Positions 14,301 to 26,300 of a DNA stretch of 64,000 nt are shown here, one piece after another (the first letter of the stretch is position 1; every line of letters begins with the position of its first letter). The notes beneath the pieces are model-generated. The model ran no database searches and was not told the origin of the DNA. It worked only from the letters and a program-made list of their open reading frames with translations. The translations under genes and the position numbers were made by a program. Origin of the DNA: Tubiluchus corallicola (Eukaryota; Animalia; Priapulida); NCBI GenBank assembly GCA_030141605.1, contig JAQGDQ010000127.1, positions 124,001 to 188,000 of the forward strand, written 5' to 3'.

Positions 14301-17300
14301 CGTACTTGCATCCAAAGGTGCTGCAATATAAAGACTGTGAAAAAGCGCTTGCCCATTCTCAAATGGGCGCCACAGTATAACCTGAAGTGGGCTCAGTGTG
14401 ATTTCATTGCAGGACTTACTGTAGGTCTCACTGTTATTCCTCAGGGACTGGCATATGCTTCAGTGGCTCAGCTTCCGCTCCAGGTTAGTTTTTAACATGC
14501 ACAGAATCAAATACATTTCTGTTAATATGTAAAATTTTAGTATTTTAGTATTTATACTAAAAGTATAAATTTTACAAGGTCTACTGTTACAATTTTTAAA
14601 GTTTTGGCCAAGACAGTAATATTTGGTGACTGTGTAAAATACTTGTAGTTCAAATCCATCTTAGAATATTATGAGAGCTCTTAACTAACCAATCGCAGTT
14701 CTGGCATCGCCATAGTTACTTACCATAGCAGTTAGCTAAAATTCAAATAAAAAATTTAATTGTGTTGCAACACTAGCATTCGTTTTGTTGAATCCTGACA
14801 AACTAAACATGTTTGGTATCACTTAATTAACTTTTACATGTGTATGTTGTCATAAGTATTTCTGTTACAGTATGGTTTGTACTCGGCATTTATGGGTTGT
14901 TTCGTCTACTTCTTCATGGGTACTTCAAAAGATGTGACACTGGGACCTACAGCCATAATGTCCCTTATGGTGGGACAGTATTGTTATTCAGAAATACCCG
15001 AACTGCGTGGCTCATATGCTGTGTTACTCAGCTTAATGTGTGGACTCACACAAGTATTAATGGGTGTTCTTAATTTAGGTAAAATGTTGCATACCATGCT
15101 AAATTGTATCAAATTATTCAATATGTTGTCCATCACGAAATCATTTGATAAAAAAAAAACAGAGTACAACATCGGAAATTTCTTTTGAAAATTTTTGTAG
15201 ATGCAATTTATGCGGAATTGCTTTTACAAATCGGTCTCGTGTCTTGTCCAGTTTGTTCTAATTTTTAAAACATCGGAGTTGCCTCTTATTTATACAGTCA
15301 AAATATCATTTTGATGCCATTAAATTCATGCTATTTCTATACATTTAGAATTTACAAGTGTGCAAGTAAAAAACATTTTTAATAAGCTCTATGCCACAGC
15401 TTGTGTTCTAATTTATGTCTATTCTTATCATTTATATGAAAATTATAAATATGTGCAATATTAATCACGGTAGTACCTGTGGGTTAACTCAAAAGGCAAA
15501 ACTGTGACCGAAGTTAGAATTATACTTTTTGGGATCTATGGAATTTTTATCTATGTACATAAAATTTTGACCAGGGATTGAGTAGCTCCTCGAATATATA
15601 ACCTAGGATTTTTTTGTTCCAAGTTGTGCAAAAATCTTTGAAAATTGACAATTATAACCAAATAAATCTTGTTTTCAAATTTTAATTTTCACTTGGCCTG
15701 TTGCATCAGATCAAATTAATGTTAAATTAAAAAACATTTATTATTTTGCATTCTAAAGAAAACAAATAATGGCTGTCTTAAAAATACTAATGTAAGTAAC
15801 AGACACTGACTTTCTTACTGCAGTTCTACTATATACTACTTTACAATTTTAAATATATCCTATATATCAACAGTTTTATTTGAGATGGCGCCAGTATACA
15901 CATTTATGAATTAGAAGAATGGTTTTATTTGCAGTATATTTACAGTGCCTTGGTCATAATTTTGCCTTAGACCCTTTATTATAATTTTATATGAGGAAAG
16001 GTAGCTGCTAAAGTATTATTACTGGAATTTTATTATTATTGCTTACAGGTTTTGTCGTAAGCTTCCTATCTTTACCTGTGGTAAGTGGTTTCACGTCTGC
16101 TGCAGCAATTATCATTGGCTTCGGACAGGTGAAGGTAAGACCTATGAGTGATTTTTTTGCAACATTTCAGGTGTCTTTGAGGTAGAAATCTGTTACTAAT
16201 TGTTAATACTCTTCAAAGTGCTGTAAGAATTCTATTTCATAATCATACCCCTATTTTAAGTATTTGTTTGCAAAGGCTTGTTTGGTTAAGAGTTTTTTAC
16301 ATTTGGTAGTGGTTTGGTGCTGTGCTTGGTTGGCTCTGAGATTCCTGTGGAGTAAGCACAATTGAGAGGGTTGAGGAATTTCCATTAGCTTAGCAAATTT
16401 CTTTGAAGCATTCCAGTCCTGTTACTGGGTCAGAAAATAATCACATCCCATTTAAATACAAAAAGTATTCCCTTTTTTGATTGTCAACATTGTTATTTGT
16501 TAAACAATTGTAAAAAATGCGCACTTGTACATGGTATTGATCAAACTCATTGAACTACTTTGATTCTATTTTTGTGTAAAAGCATTAAAAATACTAGTAT
16601 GACTTTTTTATCAGACAAATAAAAATAGTGTTAATTTCTCATATGTAAATACTTTTTATTCAAACAGTGTTTAACTGTCAGTTTTACTTTGCACAATACA
16701 GAAAGTTCTTGGAGTGTCGGTTCACAAACATGAGGGTCACGTTGCTGCATTTGTGTTTGATGTGATAGGCACATGCAAGGAAATACCTAAAACAAGGTAG
16801 ATTTATTTTTAATTTTGATCAGTTTCTAACATTCTGTCACCAATTTCCTAGCCTTTATTTTTTAAATAAGCTGTAGTGAAACCCTTTTTTGTAATTTTTT
16901 TGTAAAATAACTTTGCGTAAATAATTTTTGACAAGCATGTATAAATAATTTCCTTTGTTATAATTGATGTTTGGGCATCTTACATTACAGTTCTTTACTT
17001 ATACATATAAAATATGTATCAAACATGAAAAACCTGCCCAGCAATTACAAAATTATTTTTGCTGTCAGTGCAAAACCAAAGCTAAGCAATTCGTTCATTC
17101 ATACATTTATTCATTCACATGTTCTATTATTTATTCGTCTTTCTATTTTTTCTGCTACATGTGTGTCTATTTATACTTTTCTTAATTTAATTCACCACTT
17201 CTTTCTCTCCATTCATCATTTTATTTATTTATGCAAAAAAGCATAAATTCTGTCTAATGCAAAAAAACTTTAATTAATGTAGTCATAATATACTGGATTG

Positions 17301-20300
17301 TGTCGTTCAATTAAACGTGAGCAAGTGATTACGAAATTTTCACATAATATTTAAGTGTTAGAAGCAAAAATTTTTGATCTTTCAGGTGGCAAGACCTTGT
17401 CTTGGGTTTAGTTTGCATTGCTATTCTTTTTGCTATGAAGGTATGTAATCATTAGAACATAAGAATGTTGTTTAGAATGCTGTATGCACTGCGGCCAACT
17501 TTAGCCTTCATTTTGATACTGATTTGTTATGTCATATTTCAATAATTATTTGAACATTTAAATGGAAAACATATGTTTGTTATGTCATGTTAATAATAAT
17601 TATTCAAGATACTTAAATGAAAAAAGTGCCTAGTTATAAAAATGTAATTTTTCTGTAACATTTTTATGAAATTGTTATTATGATACATTTAATGCAACAA
17701 ACCAGTTTTGAAATCTGATAAAATCATGTGGTCTAATATATCATCCATGTCTTCAGGCCCGCAGTCATAAATCCTTTTCGTATATTGCTTTATTAATTCT
17801 ATATAACAAGATGATCTTTAGATTTTCTCGACAGTTCCTAGTTTGATACTCTGTCTAGAATACTAATATCTATTAAATATCACATAAATGCTGTAACTCC
17901 ACGTTAGTAAAAAAGTAACCTTCTTAACGGCTGATATATTTCTTCTGTTCTGCCTTCGTTACCCTTATTTTTATTCTTCGTTGTAACTGTGAAATTTTGT
18001 GTCACACCACTAATTTGTTCTTGTGATTTGCAGAGATTGAAAGATATTAAATTGTTTACAAACCAACAGCCTACAGTCTTGACCAGAATAGTGAAAAAAA
18101 TTCTTTGGTTGTTGGGAACAGGTATATCAGTATTTGTCACTATTCTGTTTGTGCTTGTGAAAATAAATCTGCATGGTGTGGCTATGACCATTTGTTAAAT
18201 GTCTTTTTAAAGGAATTGCATTGTACCAAAGTTTGCTTTTGATTTGATCTTGCTATAATGATGGTGGTAGATGTTTACATTAACTTAATTGCAGGTTTCA
18301 TTTTCACATAACCCATAACTAAGTAGCTATGAAAGAATTAATATTTGCTTCTATTTTAGCTAGAAATGCAGTTATTGTAATCATTGGAGGTGCTTTGGCG
18401 TATGGCTTGTATGCAGCTGGAAAAGAGCCCTTCACGTTGACAGGTGAAGTTAAACCTGGCCTTCCTTCATTTGAATTGCCCAAGTTTTCTTTTGAATATG
18501 GAAACACGACTGTGACTGCTGGTGAAATATTCAGTGTATGTATAATAATAATTCTTCCAACTTTAGTCATTTGTTACCTAAGTTTTGTTTATACATATTT
18601 GATTCATGTTCAGTTTAAAGCAAAAACCAAGTCACTCAGGAAGTTGAGCTTATTCTAATATTTGAGAAAGAAAGTTTCAGTAATGAAATTGTGATAAGCA
18701 CCTTTGTGTAATTAATAATTTCAAATTAAAAAGGCGATCATTTCACGCTTGGGCACGCTCATTTTGGTGAAAAATACCGTCATCTGGTTACCATGCAATA
18801 TAAACAGTTATTCAGCCAAGTGCTTCAGCAATCTTTTTGTGACATATAGAGCAAACTCCATAAACTAAGTAACCCACCCTGTACCTACTGTATACTTGCA
18901 AGTTTACGTGTGTGTCTGAAAGTCAACAAAAGTCTGTAAATTAATTACATATAAAACATTTTTTACGCAATTAATGTTATAGTACTTACACATTTTACGG
19001 TATAATCCTGTGGGTTAAAGCTATGTAACCACTTTAATCTTGGTCATAATTGATCAAATGACTAATTTTTACACAAACACAGTTAAGTACAACACTAGAA
19101 TAATTGCACTTCTGAGTGAACTGTAGAAATTTCTCAACACGTACCTTCATCACAGCTTGCCTTCACAGCATTCACACTGCTCACCAGTCACCAGCTTACA
19201 TCGTTTTTTCAAATAAGCCGGCAGCGACGTTCGTTTGGCGGGAGATAAAAATATTTAAATTTCTTTTACATTTTTAAGCAAAGCATTCTAATCTATCTTG
19301 TGTGGTGATTTTAGTATTTTTAATTGTACATTAAAATGCATTAAATGTTTTTCGAGGGTTAGTGCTTCCTTTAAATGTACTGAATTAGGAAATTATAGGT
19401 TTTACTGCTATAAATAAGTGTGCACAACAAAAGATTTCAAGTGAAAGAGGACCGTGGGATTCACATCTTTAAATCAAATTTGTCTAAACTAACTAGCTTG
19501 TTGATTGACAGTGAAACTGTTATAGTTTTAGTCTATTATTGTCATGCTTAATATCGGCATGTAAGTTGTTGCGTTTTGCCATTTGACTTACATTAATAAG
19601 CACTTTGTAGAGTTGCTCATAATCACATTATCACAATCCTTGAGCACATTGCGAAGACCTTTAACAAAAGAATTGTATTTTCACAGCAATTGAGTAGCGG
19701 TCTTGCTGTTGTGCCATTGATTGGTATGCTTGAGAGCATTGTCATCGCCAAAGCCTTTGGTAAGAATGCAAAAATTAATTAAATGCTGCAATAATTTCAT
19801 TTATATTTCATTATAGCTTCTCTAGCTTCTCTGCAATTGTTTCGTTAGCACTCAGGTGCTAGTGTATGTTGTGTGTATAACAAATTTTGAATCTTATAAT
19901 TATTGTGATTATTTTGAACTATGTTATATAAGTATCAGTACTTCCATCGTACATTTGCCATCTTTCCTATGTGAAAGGAATTGGAGAATGACTCTTTAAA
20001 GTTTTGCAAAATCCTTTCAAAGATATAAAGTGCATTAGAAGGAGTCTCTGAAATTTATTTCTGATTGAAGTGGGAAAAAATGATGACTTATTTAGGCTGT
20101 AATATTAAAAAGCTGGTAAAGAGTTTTGTATTGGCATCATCAGACTTAAGCAAAAATTCTTTGGTACTGTTAACAACATTCTGTCCATTGGCATTGTAAT
20201 GAAACAGTAGCAAAAACCTTGATGTGTCCCCCTATTGTTTACTTATCTTATTATATGCATGTGAAATTGATTCTGTTAGCAGTACAGGCTTAAATATCAT

Positions 20301-23300
20301 AAGTTAGCTGGAACACTGTTTCCAGAAAATTTTTGAGTACAGACAAAATGAAAGCGGCAAGTATTATTTGCATTATTGTGAGACTATGCTGTCAAATTTC
20401 ATGATAAACAGTCGAAGGCTTAACTTTTTAAGAAAAATACAAAATTCGAGTCAAATACTTATACCTAAATTGTTGTATTTTGTTAATGACAGTGATTTAA
20501 CTTAAAATTAAAATATGGTTGCACTTTGTACCGTAATCACAATTTAAAGCGTATTGTCAAGAAATCAGTTTATGATCTTGTAAAAGAGTACTACAGGTAG
20601 CATACTAGTCCTTTTATAATATTCCTAACTTTTACCTTAGTAAAAGTGTATATAGTATATATATATATATATATACATATATACAAAGGTAAAAGTTAGG
20701 AATATTATAAAAGGTATATATATATATATATATATACACCACAGCGGAAAATTTCTATTCAGCACTATTATAAATAGCAAATTTCGTTGTTGTATTCTTC
20801 TAAGTTAAGGTGATAAGAGTAAAACAAACATAATATGCTAAGCAACTTGTCCATTCCTTTAAGTGAAGAAAAGAGTTAATATTATATGTGATTCAGTAGG
20901 CTATTTGATGTAGACTTACATACAGCAGTAATAAAGTTTTGAAAATTTTATTACTTTTAGCCCGCAAAAATCAATACAAGATTGACCCAACTCAAGAACT
21001 GCTTGCAATTGGAACAGCTAACATTGTTGGCTCATTCGTTTCGGCATACCCAGTAACTGGTAGCTTTTCTCGTACTGCTGTGAACTCTCAGAGTTCTGTA
21101 AAAACGCCAGCAGGTGGCGTCATAACTGGTAAGCACAATCACCTTGTATTATTCTTCACCTTAAGCTTGTAATAGTTTGTAACAATAATTTATTACTAGG
21201 CTGTAATTACTCAAGACCATGACTTGTCACCCTTTATTGAATGCAGTTGTGGAGGCATACTTTTATGCTGCTTAACTGGTGATAATTACTAACAAAGGCA
21301 TTAGTTTACGAAAAAGTCATTCACATATTGAGCATTGCTTTATTACACTAAACAATTGTTTTCTTGTAAATTACTTTCTTCTACAAACTGTGTTTGTAAA
21401 CGATAAACACTGTAGAAGAAGCAGTACAATGCTTAATGCTGACATTTTCCAACTAGATGGGTACTTTATGTTGAGAAAGCTGTTTTAAGTTAACTTGTAG
21501 TAACTGTTGTGTTCCATAAAAATACTTTTTGTAATTTTATTTGACTATAATGCTGTAACTATAATACTTTTATATAACTATAAAATTGTTTTCCAGGTGT
21601 ATTGGTGCTACTTGCTCTCAGTTTACTATCAGCAACTTTCAAATTTATTCCTCAGGCCACTTTAGCTGCTGTGATAATATGTGCTGTAGCTTCCATGTTC
21701 GAGTATGAAATTGTGCCTCATCTATGGAAAACCAAGAGTAAGTTTTTCAGTTTTATTCACCAGATTGTCAGGTCTAGTCTTACAATTATATGTTCCAAAC
21801 AAGTTGTCAAGAGTTAATTTTAGATTTAGTTAAACAGAAGTAGTTTTTAATTATGCAACAGACTGGGATATCATCACGAAGAATTTAGAGTGTGACAATA
21901 ATGACTATCTGACCAGGCAGTTTACTTGTACTCATTAATTATATTAGTTATATTTTTAAGATTTGGCACCTACCATGATAAAGCATGCTGTGCTAGCATG
22001 CGACCATTATACTTTCAACCAAAGTCGTAAATGATAAAGTTGTAATAAATCTCTTAACCATTATTGTCTCGAATGGTCTCCGTATGCTGTAAGTATAAGT
22101 AGAGAGCACATTATACCCAATGTATCAAATATGTAATTAAATAATTATATTCCATTTAACATTACTTCTTGAATACTGAATCTCTAATTAGTTTTCTCTT
22201 AAATGGTGGTACCATTCTGTACCATGACCCAAATACAATTATATTTGATATTGTTCAAGTATTCATGAAAATATTTGTCAATTTGTTCATTTGTGCAGCA
22301 CAGTTTGTGCTTTTGCATATTAATACAGCATAGTAACACTGTTTATATGTATGTTCACCAATTAATAACTAAATTACCTGCATACTATTTCTTATTCCTG
22401 AGGCCTTTTTATTCGTGTTATCTGCAGCCAAAGGTTTATTTGTTTTATCAATAAAAATATGGTTATGAAAAAGTCATAAATGCTATAAATTTGGTGGCTA
22501 TTGTATGTTATATGAGCACATTTATAGCGCTGTGTAGATGTGCTTCAGTTCCTTTTTTAAATATTGACTGGCAAGGTGAGCGTAATTATTATATGTGCGC
22601 TTGCAAATCAAAACCATCCATAAGTCAGAATAGTTCAAACTATGTTATGATGTTCAAAGAAACATGCACCTAAAAATTTGGTCAAATGTTCATTTTTTGT
22701 TTTTTATAAAAACAAATGCTAAATATATTGGACTTTCATGTCCTAGCATCAGATTAACAAGAAAATGTCAAAAAAATACTAAAAATTTAATTTTATAAAC
22801 CCATGCCTACTTTTTTGACTAGAAATTAGTAATACAATTGTAAAAGAAACTGGAAGCCACTTTGCTTCGGGTTTTTTCTGTTGACAAGACCAGATCTTTA
22901 TCAGGAAGAGCCATCTACTGGATTTAAACATAACTTCAATTTGCTCTTGTAAAGGCCATAGACTTCAACATGGATTATCTCAGCTTAGAAATAACATAGA
23001 GCGATGAACTTGGTATCAAAATGATCCTCCGTGAAATGGAGATTCAGGATGTGTAAATAACTAGAAAAGCTTAATTGCCGACTTGTGGACGATTTTGCTA
23101 TGCAAGCTTGCATATATTATTTAGCATTGTTTTCAGTAGGATTTAGTGAGTATTAAGATTTCACTGAAAACATTTAACTCCTTCACTTTGAATTATAAGT
23201 ACATTTGTGCATTTACAGAAATAGACATAATACCATTGGCACTGACATTCTTCGCATGTCTCTTTATTGGTATCGAGGTAAGTATTGTTGTGTGCTTCGC

Positions 23301-26300
23301 TAATTTTTTAGTTTTTTTAATAGTAGAATGTAGTTTGCAATTTGAAAGAACTTTACTTGTTACTGCATTCACTACCAGCATTTGATAAAAAAATTAAATT
23401 AAATATGTGCCATATTTTTTACTGCTTTAGAAAATTATTTAGACAGTAGAGGTTATTTCAGATAGTTTATGTGGCATGCTGCATACTTAGCACTATCACT
23501 GCTACTGCATTTCATCATCCTGTTTTATTGTGTTTCAAGTATGGTATTTTGGCTGGTGTGGGTATATCAATAATTTTCTTGTTATACCACATGGCCCGTC
23601 CTGACTTGACTATTGTTAGCGCTGATATGTTTCTGGGAGAGAATACTGGTCTCGCCAAAGCTGATGCTGCTAACCATAACGTAAGTTGTATAGTTTTATT
23701 TTATAGAGTATTTATAATATTTTTCTACCTGAATTATTAGTTTTGTTAGCTTAATATGGTTGATTTGAATGTCAAATTATGTACAAGTACAACAGTAAGT
23801 GGTCTTTCTATTAAGCCTTTTTGTCAGAAATACGTTTACCATATCATACAATTCTTGTGTTAATTCAGAGTTTTTTTGCATTGACAAAAATTAAATCGTA
23901 TATTAGTATTATATTATATCAAGGAATAAATAGCAATTGGACTGAGCATTTAACAAAGAAATATTTGCTCACTCCGTGATTTTACAAATGAAAACTATAT
24001 TCTCATGATGTGAGGTGGTTTTTAACTTTATTACTAGTTAATCATAAATCATTATCATAAGGTATTGAATTTTGAATCCTCTGTATAGGATGTATTAAGA
24101 GCGTAATTTTGAATAATACGTTAACTGTAACATTTAAATGAACGATCGTTGCTCATAAGAATTTTTTCTGTTATATAGATGCATGTTAGTCGAGTCAGTG
24201 ACTCGATAGTGATTCAGCCTGGAATTAGCTTGTACTTTCCGTCAACCACATATCTTATTGATACAGTTAGCAAATGTTCAACCAGAGGTGAATTTTATAT
24301 AGAATATCTCCAGTTTATGTTAATGTTTCACATTTTGAGGGAGTAGTCAAAACATTTGTCTCACATAAGTTAACAAATAATGTGCAGTAATAAAAGCATT
24401 TAAACTTATAGATGTGTTCAACTTGAATTTTTTAGTTTTTTGCTGAAAATTGCAGAATTTACTAAACACGTTATTCAATTTGCTCAAAATGAAATTCTAC
24501 AACAATTTTTAGTTTTGCTAATCTTGTATTTTTTTATTGTAGAGGACATTCCAAATCCTGTGATATTTGATTGTACTCATATCAGTGGAACTGATTTTAC
24601 AACTGTACAGGTAACATTTGCTTTTGATGAATAATGTTTGATTTTTTCTTATGAAATCTAATAATACTTTGCCTTTAAGGTGCTATTCTATTCAAAATAT
24701 GAAGTTTCATCTCAATTTATTAAGAAACACTCTTATGTGTTTTGTAAGCAATTTTTGCAAACTGTGTAGTTGCAAACACAGTTTTTGACATACTAGACAT
24801 AGCATGAATCTTTTTGCCAAACTTGTGGCCTGACGTATATGTTTTGGCTGTCATATGGCGCATGTTATTATATTTGCAATAATTGTGTTCAAATTGTGAA
24901 TTAAGTTTTACTAGAGTTTTTATTCCCAGGGTTTCAAGCAAATTGTTGAAGAGTTTGAAAGCCGTAATCAACCAATAATTTTCTGTTGTATGCAGGTAAG
25001 TCATATTCCATTTATATAAGCAAGAATGTTTTATATGTTATAGCTTATTACTGCCATTTGATTTTACGACATGCTCGTAAATATATTATTTTCCTATTTT
25101 GTAGGCTCCTATACTGTCCACTGTAGAAAGCGCACATATAAAAGGTTTCCGTCACTGCAATACTGTTGTGGAAGCTTATAATATCATGGCAGGTAAAACA
25201 AAACTTGTTTCTATTAGTACAGTAAGTTCATTAACCTTACTAATTGCATTTAACTTGCTTTTTTGTGTGTTAGAAATATCCTTGAATCTTGTTTCTTTTT
25301 TATCTGTGAGACCATTTTTGTCTGTGATATTAAATTTACAAATATTAGTTGTTCACCTGACGATAACAGTTCCATAATGCTTTTATTCTGTCTCATAAAC
25401 ATTAGCAAAATTATAGAATTTTTTATAGTTACTGATCAGGCTAAAGTATGAAAAATTTGTTTCCACATATTTTCCCATCACGGGAATGCAATGTTCGCAA
25501 CATTTCCATATTTCCTTGTACTAAAAAAATGAATGATATCAGCTTCTGTTTTTGAATTGCATACAATTTTGCGCAAAGTGACTGTCTGGGTGTACTTGCA
25601 CTTAGTTGTGGATTAATTGATCCTCAGCCTGGTTAGTGAATTTCTTTCAGCCACAGATAATGTGCACAATTTCACCCATCTCTACTAACTCATTGTCTGA
25701 TCTCATAATTACTCTTGGTGATAAGTAAGGTTTAAATTTGCTTCAATCAGTTACTTTGTATGCATCCAGTCTTTGAGTGTTGATATTCATTTTGCAGAGT
25801 AGTTTGTAAATAACATTGCATTAGTCCATTTGAAACTTTGCAGTTTTGAAAATAGAGAGTTCTTTAAAAAACATTTCGTATGCATGTAATTGTTGACATT
25901 GTTTACATAATTTCAAACCTTTGTGATTACACTTATACCTGGTTGCATTAAAAACTGTATTTCATTAAATTTTTTGTTAAGAAATTTAGAATTAACCACC
26001 TAATATTTTTTATTTGCTTATTATAGACAGATTTGAAGTGTTTTACAGATTGCTAACACATGAACCTTGTTTATGCAGTTCTTCTTGTTGTTAATATCTG
26101 TACTGCACATGTGCAATGGACCTGGTAGCTTTGCAAAGGCAAAGCGTGCAATGCTTCAGTGAGTTTCAGTTCACTGCGTAAGTTGTATCCAGTGCATTTC
26201 AATGGTGGTGTTATCTAGCTTGTTTAAGATTCCTTCCACGTGCAGTATTCAAGAATTCTGCCTTGCTCACAAACACCAAGCTGAATTATATACATCATTT

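Noticed and set aside
18726-19375. Possible TTAA-flanked (Kolobok-like) element
   Set aside because: The two ends are not convincing inverted repeats
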